DNA from: Bacteroidota bacterium
Lineage (GTDB): Bacteria > Bacteroidota > Bacteroidia > Bacteroidales > GCA-2748055
Reading direction: 5' to 3'
Length of the DNA stretch: 64,000 nucleotides
Assembly (NCBI GenBank): GCA_024640885.1
Contig: JAHEEC010000007.1
Coordinates: forward strand, 1,239-65,238
Part shown: one piece after another, positions 51,929 to 62,598 of the stretch
Layout of the letters: each line of letters begins with the position of its first letter
How positions within the stretch are numbered: position 1 is the first letter of the stretch
Position numbers and translations under genes: made by a program
Notes under the pieces: model-generated
What the model saw: the letters and a program-made list of their open reading frames with translations, nothing else
Databases searched by the model: none
What the model was told of the DNA's origin: nothing

Positions 51929-52855
51929 TCAGGTCTCCTTATGAATGATGTGCGGGGAATGGTTCGTTGCATACTCGAATTGCAGCGTCACGTGGCTCAC
52001 ATTGAAATGGTGGATGAGCATCTGTTCAATCTCCACCTGTACCTCCTTCACCTTGCTCAGTTTCAGGTCGCTTTCAAGTTCCACATGTGCTTCGAGATGG
52101 ATCTCGTTGTCGGTCAGCATCCAGGCGTGAATGTGATGGATGTTGTGCACCTGTTCCACCTGTTCCACCCGGTTCTTCACTTTTGAAAGATCAAGCTGAT
52201 CGGGGGTGGATTGCATCAGGATATTCACCGATTCCCGGAGGATCACAAATCCTTCACGGATGATGTAGACCGAAACGAGCACGGTGATCAGCGGATCGAT
52301 CCAAAGGATGTGAAAAAACTGTATCAGGATACCCCCGATGATTACCACCACCGAGGAGAGGCTGTCACCGATCAGGTGCACGTAGGCTGCTTTTACATTG
52401 ATGCTTTTGCTGGAATCCTTTTTCAGGATGATCACCGCAAACAGGTTGGCAAGCAACCCGATCATGGCAACCACCAGCATGATCATGGAGTTGATAGGCC
52501 TGGGGTCGTTCCATCGAAGGTAGGCCTCTCTGACCAGGAAAATGCTGGTAACGATCAGGATCACAGCATTAAAAAGTGCGGCCAGGATCTCCAGCCGCTT
52601 ATAACCGAAGGTTCTTTTCGTATTGGCATCACGCCTTCCGATCAGAGTAGCCAGGTAGGCAATGAAGGTGGCGAAGGTGTCGCTTAAATTGTGCAGGGCA
52701 TCGGAAAGAAGGGCCAGGCTGCCGGAAAGAATGCCTCCGGCAAATTCCACCACGGTGATCACCAGGTTCAGCAGTGTTGCGGCCAGCAGGTTCTTAATAT
52801 TTACCCGCTGATGGTGGTGTCCCCTGTGTGTATGGTTGTGTCTGGATTGGACCAT
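51929..52855 (-). CDS. Cation diffusion facilitator transporter (CzcD/ZitB-like zinc exporter)
   Basis: His-rich N-terminus, SLALLSDALHNLSD, TFGYKRLE, AYVHLIGD, HVTLQFE. Confidence 0.92.
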   Translation of the reverse strand: MVQSRHNHTHRGHHHQRVNIKNLLAATLLNLVITVVEFAGGILSGSLALLSDALHNLSDTFATFIAYLATLIGRRDANTKRTFGYKRLEILAALFNAVILIVTSIFLVREAYLRWNDPRPINSMIMLVVAMIGLLANLFAVIILKKDSSKSINVKAAYVHLIGDSLSSVVVIIGGILIQFFHILWIDPLITVLVSVYIIREGFVILRESVNILMQSTPDQLDLSKVKNRVEQVEQVHNIHHIHAWMLTDNEIHLEAHVELESDLKLSKVKEVQVEIEQMLIHHFNVSHVTLQFEYATNHSPHIIHKET

Positions 52856-52856
52856 A

Positions 52857-53663
52857 TCAGATAAAAAGCAAGAGGCTTATAGCCATCACTGCCATACCCG
52901 CCAGAAAACCATAGACAGCAAGATGATGCCGGCCGTATTCCCGGGCTGTGGGCAACAGTTCATCGATTGAGATAAAAACCATGATCCCGGCCACACCTGC
53001 AAAAATAAATCCAAACAAAGAATCGCTCAGGAAGGGCATCAGGATAAAATAGGCCAGCAGGGCACCCACCGGTTCGGCCAGGCCCGACAGGAACGAGAGA
53101 AAGAATCCCCTTTTTTTGTTGCCGGTGCCATACGAGATGGGAACGGATACAGCGATCCCCTCGGGGATGTTATGAATGGCAATGGCCACGGCAATGGGCA
53201 CGGCAATGGTTGGATCGGTCAATCCGGCCATGAATGTGGCAATTCCTTCGGGAAAATTGTGAATGCCAATGGCCAGTGCTGTAAAGAGGCCCATCCTCAC
53301 CAGCCGGGGATCTTTTTTATTTCCTCTGTCCACATCTTCCACCCTCCGGATCTCATGGGGGTTTTCCTGGGAGGGGATCAGGCGGTCAATGAGGGCGATG
53401 ATGAGGATACCTGCGAAAAAGGCCACCACCGTATACCAGGAAGCCCCCCTCTCCCCAAATCCCGGGACCAGGGCCAGCCTTGCTTTGGAGAGGATCTCCA
53501 CGAAGGATACGTATACCATTACCCCGGCGGAGAATCCCAGGCTAAGTGAAAGAAAACGGGTACTGGTACTTTTTGTAAAAAATGCCAGGGCGCTTCCTAT
53601 ACCTGTAGATAACCCGGCAAAGAGGGTGAGTCCAAATGCGAACCAGAAATTTCCGGAATCCAT
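52857..53663 (-). CDS. zupT: ZIP family zinc transporter ZupT
   Basis: [31 protein letters not shown]; start taken at ATG 53663. Confidence 0.93.
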   Translation of the reverse strand: MDSGNFWFAFGLTLFAGLSTGIGSALAFFTKSTSTRFLSLSLGFSAGVMVYVSFVEILSKARLALVPGFGERGASWYTVVAFFAGILIIALIDRLIPSQENPHEIRRVEDVDRGNKKDPRLVRMGLFTALAIGIHNFPEGIATFMAGLTDPTIAVPIAVAIAIHNIPEGIAVSVPISYGTGNKKRGFFLSFLSGLAEPVGALLAYFILMPFLSDSLFGFIFAGVAGIMVFISIDELLPTAREYGRHHLAVYGFLAGMAVMAISLLLFI

Positions 53664-53668
53664 TAATG

Positions 53669-54547
53669 CTACTTTTGAGTGGCTTTTCTTCCCTTTTTCA
53701 CCGGTTTTGGAATGGGTTCCAGAGAAAAATGTTTGGGTTTTCTTTTGGTCCACACGATCATGATGACCCCGGCCAGGATAAAGGGCAGGCTGAGTAACTG
53801 GCCCATATTGAACTGCATGCCCGCTTCGAAGGCCACCTGGTCATTCTTCACAAATTCAATGAAGAAACGGGCCGAAAAAAGAAGGATCATGAAGACCCCG
53901 AAGATGAATCCATCCCGGACTTTCATGTAGCGTTTGCGGTAGAATGTAAAAAGGATGATGAAGATCAGGATATAGCTGAGGGCCTCATAAAGCTGTGTGG
54001 GGTGGCGGGCCACTGTGGCAAGCAGTTCCCCGGTATTTGAGTCATACAACCGGTCCCTTACAAATTCAAATCCCCAGGGCATATCGGTGGGCCTGCCATA
54101 AATCTCTGAATTGAACAGGTTCCCGAGGCGGATAAAAGCACCCCCCAGGGCCACCACGATCACAATCCTGTCGATAAGCCAGAGAAAGGAGAGCTTATGC
54201 TTGCGGATATAGAGCCACAATGACAACAGGATCCCGATGGCAGCCCCGTGACTGGCCAACCCACCTTTCCAGATCTTCAGGATCTCGATGGGGTTTTTCA
54301 GGAAATATTCGGGTTCATAAAAAAAACAGTGACCCAACCTTGCGCCGATAACCGTGCCCACAGCAATATAGATCAGCAACTCATCCGTCATTTCTGAGGT
54401 GAGCCTCTCTGTGGCAAGGAACCTGGTGAATACGATGTATCCGGCTAAAAAAGCGGATGCAAAAAGCAAACCGTACCAACGGATGCTCAGTTGACCAATG
54501 CTGAAAATCTCAGGATCGACATTCCATGTGATTGCATTCATTATCAT
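53669..54547 (-). CDS. lgt: Prolipoprotein diacylglyceryl transferase
   Basis: [38 protein letters not shown]. Confidence 0.96.
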   Translation of the reverse strand: MIMNAITWNVDPEIFSIGQLSIRWYGLLFASAFLAGYIVFTRFLATERLTSEMTDELLIYIAVGTVIGARLGHCFFYEPEYFLKNPIEILKIWKGGLASHGAAIGILLSLWLYIRKHKLSFLWLIDRIVIVVALGGAFIRLGNLFNSEIYGRPTDMPWGFEFVRDRLYDSNTGELLATVARHPTQLYEALSYILIFIILFTFYRKRYMKVRDGFIFGVFMILLFSARFFIEFVKNDQVAFEAGMQFNMGQLLSLPFILAGVIMIVWTKRKPKHFSLEPIPKPVKKGRKATQK

Positions 54548-54650
54548 GATGGCAGGCGGATTTACGAATTAATTTACAAATATAATAACATTCCGGGGGT
54601 TTCCCCTGTAGCATATATCTTTGTATGTTTGCATAAAATTGTATCAGAAC

Positions 54651-56519
54651 GTGTCGCGTCGTTACCTCTACCTTCTTTCGATTGCTTTGTTTTGCTGGAA
54701 CTGTGCCCAGCAGGGCTCCCCCTCGGGAGGCCCGAGGGACGAAACCCCGCCGAGGGTGCTGGAGAGTGAGCCACCCAACTATTCCACCAGGTTTGAGGCC
54801 AATAAGATCCTGATCACCTTTGATGAATTCATTGTGCTGGACAACGTGAACCAGGAACTGATCGTTTCACCTCCCATGGAGGAAAAACCGGTGGTAAAAC
54901 TCAGGAAAAAAACCCTGGTGATCCAGTTTGAAGAGGAGTTGAAAGAAAATACCACCTACACCATGAACTTTGGCAGCGCCATCAAGGATCTGCATGAGGG
55001 AAATAAACTGCTCAACTTTGAATATGTATTTTCAACGGGAGATGTGCTTGACTCGCTGTCGGTGAAAGGGACATTGAAATATGCCTCGGATCTTTCAGTA
55101 CCCGAGGACCCGATCTCCATCATGCTCTACGAAGAGCTGGGGGATTCGGTCCCCCTGACCAGGATTCCGCTCTATGTGGGGCGATCCGATGACAGCGGGG
55201 TATTCAGTGTCAATAACCTGCGTGCCGATACTTTTAAAGTATTTGCCCTGAAAGATGGGAACAACAATTTTTTGTTTGACCTGCCTTCCGAGGAGATCGC
55301 ATTTCTGGATTCGAACCTCATTGTGAATGCGGAATTTGCCAGGCAGCTTCTTATGGAGGCTGGCCTGTATGATACGACCCGGCAAAGCCCGGATACCACA
55401 CATCTGGCAGCGGATACCCTTGAATTAGACGGTGGCATTCAAGCCGGAGGGGAGGTTTCACAGGCCCTGCCGGATGGTTCGGAAGTAGTGGAAGACAGTG
55501 TGCAGGAGAAGGGGCCCGACCTCAACTCCATCTTCGTCGACCTGTTCCTGTTTACCGAGGAGACCCAGGTACAGTATATCAAAGATTATAAAAGGCCGGA
55601 ACGCAGGAAAATGGAACTGGTATTTGCCATGCCCCTGACGGACACTTTTCGGTACAGTTACATCTCACCGGAATCACCGGGGGAAACCCTGGAGTTGCTG
55701 GAGTATATGTCTGCCGGCAGGGACAGCCTTACGCTCTGGATAAGGGATTCCCTGGATTATAAAAAGGACACCCTCAGGATTGAGGTGAACTATACTGCCA
55801 AGGATACTGCCAATCATTTTGTTACGCAAACAGATACCCTTTCTTTCCTTTTCAGGAAGCCCCGAACAAAAAGCAAGAAGGAGGATGAGGAAGAGATACC
55901 TCCCGAAAAATTGGAGGTCAAAACCATACGAAAAAACGGGGATCAGGACCTGAACCGGGAACTGGCACTGGATATTAACCTTCCCCTTCAAACCATCAGG
56001 GATACACTGATCCACCTTTATCACAAGCCGGATACCATCGAACTGCCCCAATCTTTCAGGGTTTCAGCCGATCCTTCCCTGCTGACAAGGGTCTGGATCT
56101 CGGCAGACTGGAAGTCAGAGGGACAATACAGGCTGGTACTCTACCCTGGTGCCCTGACTTCCATTTATCCGGTCCCACACGATACCATTGACATCCCTTT
56201 CAAAACGAGGGACGTTGAGTATTACGGACAAATTTTACTAGACCTGGAAAATGTCAGGAACCGGCTGCTGGTTCAACTTATCAGCAAAGAGAAGGTGGTC
56301 CGCGAACAGGTGGTCCGCGTTTCGGGTATTTGTACCTTCAGTTACCTCGCTCCCCTGGAGTATAAGATCAAAGTCATTCATGACCTGAACGGGAACGGGA
56401 AATGGGATACGGGAAAATACCTGGATAAAATTCAACCGGAACCGGTGGAGATCCTGCCCGTTTCGATCACAGTGCGCTCCAACTGGGACCACGACGTGAC
56501 CATGAGACTTGAAAAGTAG
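54651..56519 (+). CDS. Ig-like domain-containing lipoprotein
   Basis: Lipobox WNC, PSGGPRDETPP, FDEFI, DLNGNGKWDTG. GTG 54651 preferred because TATCTTTG at 54616-54623 overlaps the track start. Confidence 0.8.
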   Translation: MSRRYLYLLSIALFCWNCAQQGSPSGGPRDETPPRVLESEPPNYSTRFEANKILITFDEFIVLDNVNQELIVSPPMEEKPVVKLRKKTLVIQFEEELKENTTYTMNFGSAIKDLHEGNKLLNFEYVFSTGDVLDSLSVKGTLKYASDLSVPEDPISIMLYEELGDSVPLTRIPLYVGRSDDSGVFSVNNLRADTFKVFALKDGNNNFLFDLPSEEIAFLDSNLIVNAEFARQLLMEAGLYDTTRQSPDTTHLAADTLELDGGIQAGGEVSQALPDGSEVVEDSVQEKGPDLNSIFVDLFLFTEETQVQYIKDYKRPERRKMELVFAMPLTDTFRYSYISPESPGETLELLEYMSAGRDSLTLWIRDSLDYKKDTLRIEVNYTAKDTANHFVTQTDTLSFLFRKPRTKSKKEDEEEIPPEKLEVKTIRKNGDQDLNRELALDINLPLQTIRDTLIHLYHKPDTIELPQSFRVSADPSLLTRVWISADWKSEGQYRLVLYPGALTSIYPVPHDTIDIPFKTRDVEYYGQILLDLENVRNRLLVQLISKEKVVREQVVRVSGICTFSYLAPLEYKIKVIHDLNGNGKWDTGKYLDKIQPEPVEILPVSITVRSNWDHDVTMRLEK

Positions 56520-56531
56520 TTCCTCCGCGGG

Positions 56532-57488
56532 TCAGCGGTTCAACCTTCTCCAGATCAGTGCGGCCGCACCCAGCACCGCAATATTCCTGTCCAGGAGGGC
56601 CGAGGGCACAATGTCGATTTTATCTCTGTAGATGGGAAGCAGGTGACTTTCCATGCTTTTTTTGGTCGGTTCGATGATCCATTTACCGGCTTTGGCAAGG
56701 CCGCCGAAGAGGAAAATTTTTGCCGGGCTGACATGCGCCACTGAATCGGCCAGGCTTCTGCCAAGCAGGAAGCCCGTCCTTTCAAATGCTTTCACGGCAA
56801 TTGGATCTCCCGATTCGGCCATTGATGTGATCATCCTGGGTTCGAGTTTTGTAAAGCTGATATTTCTGAATTCACTCTCCACACTCTCTTCGGCAAGCAA
56901 CTCAAAAATGGTCCGCTTGATGCCCGTTGCGGAAACATATGCCTCCAGGCATCCCCTTTTGCCGCAGCCGCACTGCCGGCCATTATCTACGGCCAGCACG
57001 TGTCCGAGTTCTCCTGCGAAACCGTCATGTCCATAGACAATATCCCCGTTCACGACCAGGCCGCTTCCCAGGCCGGTTCCCAGGGTGATCATGATAAAGT
57101 CATTGAGACCGGCTGCATCGCCAAACAGCATCTCCCCCAGGGCGGCCGCATTTGCATCGTTGGTCACCACCGTGGGAAGATGAAACTGTGCTTCCATCAG
57201 TTTCACAAATTCGATCTTTCCCTTCCATGCCAGGTTCGGAGCATTCTCAATGGAACCGGAATAGTAATTGCCATTGGGAGCTCCAACGCCGATGCCCATA
57301 ATTTTAAAGGAGCGGTCCAATTGTTCCAGGCTGAGCAAGAGGTGTTCATGTATGGTTTCAATAAACTGCTCGATGGAGCCCCTTTCGGGGGTTGGGATCT
57401 CATTCTCAAAATGAATCCATCCTGTCCGGTCCACGAGTCCAAATTTGCTAAAGGTTCCCCCGATATCGATTCCCAGAACAACTTCCAT
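56532..57488 (-). CDS. ROK family sugar kinase (glucokinase-like)
   Basis: GIDIGGT, NDANAAALGE, TLGTGLG, AGELGH, CGCGKRGCLE. Confidence 0.93.
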   Translation of the reverse strand: MEVVLGIDIGGTFSKFGLVDRTGWIHFENEIPTPERGSIEQFIETIHEHLLLSLEQLDRSFKIMGIGVGAPNGNYYSGSIENAPNLAWKGKIEFVKLMEAQFHLPTVVTNDANAAALGEMLFGDAAGLNDFIMITLGTGLGSGLVVNGDIVYGHDGFAGELGHVLAVDNGRQCGCGKRGCLEAYVSATGIKRTIFELLAEESVESEFRNISFTKLEPRMITSMAESGDPIAVKAFERTGFLLGRSLADSVAHVSPAKIFLFGGLAKAGKWIIEPTKKSMESHLLPIYRDKIDIVPSALLDRNIAVLGAAALIWRRLNR

Positions 57489-57582
57489 TTCCCTATCTTT
57501 TTGCTAAATTCGTAAAATGCCTTAAATGTAATAAATATCAGCTGATTTGGTTAAATTAGCTGATATTACTAAACCCGGGAAC

Positions 57583-58437
57583 ATGACCAATTTTATTGTA
57601 CCTATTGATTTTTCATTGGATTCATTGAAGGGGCTGGAATGGGCCCTCCTGTTTTCACAGAAACAGACCGTCAATATCCAGATGGTGTATGTACTTGCCA
57701 ACAGCACCAATTTTCATTCCAACGTGGTGGAGCAGGAGCAAAAGTACGCCCAGGCACAATTTAAGAAATTGATGCAGGAGTATGAACCCAGGCTTAAAAA
57801 TGCTTCAAAACTCAGGCACATTATTAAGAAGGGGAAGGTATACAGGGAAGTTGTGAACCAGGTGAACTCATACAAGAGTGCCGTTGTTTCGGCATCCACC
57901 CACGGAGCCTCCGGATTCGAGGAACTTTTTATCGGGAGCAATGCATTGAAGATCATGGCGGCCACCGATAAGCCGGTTTTTACACTGAGGAATTCTCCGG
58001 TACCAGGCGATATCAAAAAGATCGTCCTCCCCATTAAACTGCATGTGGATACAAGGCAAAAGGCGCCGGTTGCAGCAGACCTGGCAGACCTGTTCGGGGC
58101 CGAGATCCACGTAATTTCTGTTTCCACCAGCAAGAACAAAAGGGACCTGGAACGGCTGGGGTCCTATGCAAAACAGGTGGACAGTTATTTAAAGGCCAGA
58201 GAACTGAAAACGGTCACAAAGACACTGGTGGGAGAGAGCCTTGCCACACTGACCTGTAACTATGCCGAAGCGGTGAATGCGGATCTGATCACGATCATGT
58301 CAAGCTCCATTGATAAGTGGAATGTATTCCTGGGCAGCTTTGCCCAGCAAATGGTGAACAGGGCCACGGTACCCCTGCTCTCACTCACCCCCAAGGAGAG
58401 GCACGTTCCGACCGGATTTACAACATTTGGAGGATAA
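57583..58437 (+). CDS. Universal stress protein with tandem USP domains
   Basis: IVPIDFS, THGASGFEELFIGSNA, IVLPI, FLGSFAQQMVN. Confidence 0.9.
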   Translation: MTNFIVPIDFSLDSLKGLEWALLFSQKQTVNIQMVYVLANSTNFHSNVVEQEQKYAQAQFKKLMQEYEPRLKNASKLRHIIKKGKVYREVVNQVNSYKSAVVSASTHGASGFEELFIGSNALKIMAATDKPVFTLRNSPVPGDIKKIVLPIKLHVDTRQKAPVAADLADLFGAEIHVISVSTSKNKRDLERLGSYAKQVDSYLKARELKTVTKTLVGESLATLTCNYAEAVNADLITIMSSSIDKWNVFLGSFAQQMVNRATVPLLSLTPKERHVPTGFTTFGG

Positions 58438-58497
58438 AATATAAAGGAAGAAAAAGAGCATATCAGGGAAACGCTGGAGTCCCAGTTAAAGGCACTC

Positions 58498-60372
58498 ATG
58501 GAAGCATTGCCTTTTGCTTCCTGGTTCAAGGATTCGGACGGGAACTACAACCAGGTGAATGGAGCATTGTTGCAATTCCTGAACAGGGAGAAGGGGGAAG
58601 TGATCGGGAGGGGAACCCGGGAATTGACCGATCATCCCCAGGGCGCTCACCGAGATGACGGGGAGCGGGATGTGTTCAGAACCGGGAAAGCGGAAGAAGC
58701 TACCTACTCCAGGGATAATCGCATCTTCAAAACGGTCACCTTCCCCGTGATTGATCTGGACGGAAAAATCACAGGAACAGGCGGTTACCAGGAAGACATC
58801 ACCAACCTCACAGGATCCCTCCAGGAGCTTCACCGGGAGAGGGAAACCCTTGAAGCCCTCCTGGAGAACATGCCTTTCTACATTTTTTTCACGGATACCC
58901 AGCACCGGTATATCAGGGTAAACAGCATGATGGCCCGGCTGCTCAGGATCGGGCATCCCGACGAAGCAGTGGGGAAGACCAATGCGGAATTTTTCTCGAA
59001 AAGGATGGCCAGGAAGATGAGGGAAGAGGACAGATCCATTCTTGCCTCGGGAAAACCAATCATCAATAAAATCCTCTATTTTGAAGATGAAGGGATCGAT
59101 GGATTCTGGATGGAACGAAATAAAATTGCCATCAAGGATGAACGAGGGATCATTACGATGATCGTGGGCATCTTGAAAGATGTATCCGATCTGATGAATA
59201 TAGAGAATGAACTGAAGGATGCCAGGGACCGGGCCCGTGAATCAGACCGGTTAAAAACCTCTTTCCTGGCAAATATGTCCCACGAGATCAGAACGCCCAT
59301 GAACGGGATCCTGGGTTTTGCCAACTTGTTGAGGGATCCTGAATTAAGGGATGAGGAAAAGGATCTCTATCTGAAGCACATCGAACACTCATCCAACCAG
59401 CTCTTAAACATTATTGATGATATCATCGATATTTCTAAAATCGAATCGGGGCAACTGAAAATCTCCAATAAACCAGTGAGGATCAATGCCATCCTGGATG
59501 AGATCTATTCCTCTTTTTTCCACCGGATCCGGGGCGATGCCCCCGGTCAGAAGAAGGTGGCCTTTAACTTGAAAAAAGGGGATGAATCCCTTGATTTCAC
59601 CATTGTTACAGATGATTTCAGGCTCAGCCAGATTTTCAATAACCTGATCGGCAATGCCATCAAATTCACCAAAGAGGGACACATCACATTTGGCTATTCC
59701 ATCAAGAACAACAGGCACATTGAATTTTATGTACAGGATAGCGGAATCGGGATTCCGGCCCGCAACATGGGCCTCATCTTTGACCGGTTTGGCCAGGTGG
59801 ACCAGGCAAATGCGTATCAACCCTCAGGAACCGGCCTCGGGTTGCCCATATCCAAGAGCCTCGTGAAATTGATGGGCGGGGAGTTGTGGGTGGAATCCAG
59901 CGAAGGAGAGGGCTCCACATTTTACTTCACCCTGCCACTGGTGGTGAAGGAGGCACTGCAGGAATCCAGGATCCCCATCTCCAATAAAACTTACAACTGG
60001 CCCAACAGGCGAATCCTGGTAGCTGAGGACGAAGAGCTTAACTGGATGTTTATCAGGGAGATGCTCAGAAAAACAGGTGCTGAAATCCTCCGTGCCAGGG
60101 ATGGTCACGAGGTGGTGACCATGGTGGAGGAGCAAACACCGGACATGATCCTGATGGATATCAAGATGCCTGAGATGAACGGCATTGAAGCCACGCGGAA
60201 GATCAGGATGCTCGATAAAAAGGTTCCTATCATTGCGCAGACCGCTTTTGTCATGGCCGAAGAGAAGGAGGAAAGCCTCAGGGCAGGGTGCAATCATTTT
60301 GTGACAAAACCCCTGGACAGGACGATCCTGATGGAGCTCATAGACAGTTACTTCAAGAATAATATCCCTTAA
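58498..60372 (+). CDS. Cytoplasmic hybrid sensor histidine kinase (PAS-PAS-HisKA-HATPase-REC)
   Basis: Two PAS repeats, FLANMSHEIRTPMNG, NAIKFT, DSGIGI, GTGLGL, ILMDIKMP; true start may lie upstream. Confidence 0.93.
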   Translation: MEALPFASWFKDSDGNYNQVNGALLQFLNREKGEVIGRGTRELTDHPQGAHRDDGERDVFRTGKAEEATYSRDNRIFKTVTFPVIDLDGKITGTGGYQEDITNLTGSLQELHRERETLEALLENMPFYIFFTDTQHRYIRVNSMMARLLRIGHPDEAVGKTNAEFFSKRMARKMREEDRSILASGKPIINKILYFEDEGIDGFWMERNKIAIKDERGIITMIVGILKDVSDLMNIENELKDARDRARESDRLKTSFLANMSHEIRTPMNGILGFANLLRDPELRDEEKDLYLKHIEHSSNQLLNIIDDIIDISKIESGQLKISNKPVRINAILDEIYSSFFHRIRGDAPGQKKVAFNLKKGDESLDFTIVTDDFRLSQIFNNLIGNAIKFTKEGHITFGYSIKNNRHIEFYVQDSGIGIPARNMGLIFDRFGQVDQANAYQPSGTGLGLPISKSLVKLMGGELWVESSEGEGSTFYFTLPLVVKEALQESRIPISNKTYNWPNRRILVAEDEELNWMFIREMLRKTGAEILRARDGHEVVTMVEEQTPDMILMDIKMPEMNGIEATRKIRMLDKKVPIIAQTAFVMAEEKEESLRAGCNHFVTKPLDRTILMELIDSYFKNNIP

Positions 60373-60379
60373 GTGATAG

Positions 60380-61057
60380 GTGATGAAAAGAGCGGTAATC
60401 ATTGTGGCCGGAGGGCGGGGAGAGAGAATGGGAGCAGAGGTACCCAAACAGTTTATGAAGCTGGACGGAAAGCCTGTGATCCTGCACACCATTGAAAAAT
60501 TCTTCCGGTTCGATCCCAGCATCAGGATGGTGCTGGTCCTGGCATCCGATCATTTGAGGTTCTGGGAGGCCATCGCCTCGGCACAACTCTATGGTTCCGG
60601 GATCTTGTTGGCTCCGGGCGGGGAGACCCGGTACGAGTCTGTGAGAAACGGACTTCGTTTCATCGAAGATGGCATCGTCGTGGGAATCCACGATGCAGTG
60701 AGGCCACTGGTTAGCCTGGGTACCCTGGAACGTTGTTACAATTCAGCAGCACAAAATGGCAGCGGCATCCCGGTCACAGAGATGGATGAAACGGTCAGGA
60801 TGACCGGTGACAACAACCAGTCGGAGCACCTGGACCGGTCACTTCTGAAGCGGGTCCAGACCCCCCAGGTCTTTCAATCAAAGATGATTAAGGATGCCTA
60901 CCAAAATGCTGATCATAAGGAGTATACAGATGATGCCTCGGTATTTGAATCGCTATTCAAAGATGTATTTCTGGTAGAAGGAAACAGGGAGAACATAAAA
61001 ATTACCACACCAACGGACCTTCAGCTGGCTTCTTTACTCATTCGGACATCGGAGTGA
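60380..61057 (+). CDS. ispD: 2-C-methyl-D-erythritol 4-phosphate cytidylyltransferase
   Basis: AGGRGERM..PKQF, HDAVRP, VQTPQ, TDDAS, NIKITTPTDL. Confidence 0.95.
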   Translation: MMKRAVIIVAGGRGERMGAEVPKQFMKLDGKPVILHTIEKFFRFDPSIRMVLVLASDHLRFWEAIASAQLYGSGILLAPGGETRYESVRNGLRFIEDGIVVGIHDAVRPLVSLGTLERCYNSAAQNGSGIPVTEMDETVRMTGDNNQSEHLDRSLLKRVQTPQVFQSKMIKDAYQNADHKEYTDDASVFESLFKDVFLVEGNRENIKITTPTDLQLASLLIRTSE

Positions 61058-61140
61058 TCTCCCCCCCGGTTCACCTGGAAGGCACTTCAGGGGCCATAAA
61101 ATACCTTTAAATTATTTATTACCTTGCAATCCTGAGCACG

Positions 61141-62568
61141 TTGCTTATGGCATGGGCTACAAAAATCTTCATGGTTGGACTGCTGCTGGGCCTTGCATTG
61201 GTAATTGCTGCCCAGGATCCTTTGGATTTCTCAAGCGACAGGCTGATCATCGATGAGATCACCGTCCAGGGCAACCGGATCACCAAAGAGCCTATTATCC
61301 TCAGGGAGCTTGTATTTGGCAAAGGAGATACCATCAAAAAGATCGAATTACTGACGGATCTTCAGAGGAGCAAGGAGAACCTGATGAACCTGGCACTCTT
61401 CAATTTTGTCCTTTTTGATGCCGAACATTCACCGGGAAACAGGATCAAAGTAATCGTTACAGTCACCGAGAGGTGGTACATCTGGCCGGTCCCCATCCTT
61501 GAATACGCAGAGAGAAATTTCAACGAATTTATCAAGAACAGGGAGTGGGATAAGATCAATTACGGGGCATACCTGAAATGGAAAAATTTCAGGGGACGGA
61601 ATGATGTGCTCTCAGGAAAGATCAGGCTTGGATATATCAAGGATTACGCCCTCTCTTATTCCATACCCAGCCTGGGTAAACGACAACAGCACGGAGCGGC
61701 AATGGGTTTTAACCTGACCCAGCAAAACGAGGTCATCATAGCCACGGTAAACAATAAACCGTTGGAGTATAAACCCATAGAAAAACCGGCACAGGTGAGG
61801 TTTAATGCTTTTGCCAAGTACAGCTTTCGAAGAAAGTACTTTACATCGCACACCCTCCGGTTAGAGTATTACGATTACAACGTTTCGGATTCCGTGGCCA
61901 TCCTCAATCCAAATTTTATGGGAGAAGGGATGTCCCGGCTCAAGTTCTTCCTGCTTACCTATGTTTTTGAGCACGATGTGAGGGATTCAAAAGTCTATCC
62001 ACTGGAAGGCTTTGCCGTGAGTCTCAGGGCCGAAAGATTGGGACTTGGAATCGTTGACGATTACCCTTACCCCTCGTTCAGATTTACGGGATTGCTGATG
62101 TTTCATCAAAAACTTGCCAACCGGTTATATTTCTATAATACGACCAAGGCCCGGTATTCACAGGAGAAAGTCATGCCCTATGTCCTGAATAAGGCCCTGG
62201 GTTACAATGAATACCTGAGCGGGTATGAGGCCTATGTGATCGACGGTTCAGATTTCGTCATTACCAAATACAACCTTAAATTGCAGGTGATCAAACCCAC
62301 CACCCAGACCATCCCGTTTATACGGATGGAGCAGTTCAATAAGTTGTACTATGCCCTCTATTTTAACGTCTTTGCCGACGCAGGATATGTGAACAATGTA
62401 TTTCCGGACCCCACCAATACCATGGTCAATAACTGGCAGTTTTCTGCCGGTGTCGGAATTGACCTGGTCACCTACTATGACCAGGTTTTGAGGATCGATT
62501 ATGCAATCAACCGCTTTGGCGAGCACGGAATCTTCTTCCACCTGGAGACACCCTTTTACAGGTGGTGA
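61141..62568 (+). CDS. Omp85/BamA-TamA family outer membrane protein with one POTRA domain
   Basis: Signal peptide, GNRITKEPIILREL POTRA, VTERWY, NFRGRN, FADAGYV, GVGID; start uncertain (61141-61171). Confidence 0.8.
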   Translation: MLMAWATKIFMVGLLLGLALVIAAQDPLDFSSDRLIIDEITVQGNRITKEPIILRELVFGKGDTIKKIELLTDLQRSKENLMNLALFNFVLFDAEHSPGNRIKVIVTVTERWYIWPVPILEYAERNFNEFIKNREWDKINYGAYLKWKNFRGRNDVLSGKIRLGYIKDYALSYSIPSLGKRQQHGAAMGFNLTQQNEVIIATVNNKPLEYKPIEKPAQVRFNAFAKYSFRRKYFTSHTLRLEYYDYNVSDSVAILNPNFMGEGMSRLKFFLLTYVFEHDVRDSKVYPLEGFAVSLRAERLGLGIVDDYPYPSFRFTGLLMFHQKLANRLYFYNTTKARYSQEKVMPYVLNKALGYNEYLSGYEAYVIDGSDFVITKYNLKLQVIKPTTQTIPFIRMEQFNKLYYALYFNVFADAGYVNNVFPDPTNTMVNNWQFSAGVGIDLVTYYDQVLRIDYAINRFGEHGIFFHLETPFYRW

Positions 62569-62598
62569 TTACGAGGGCATCATTACAGGAGGATCACC

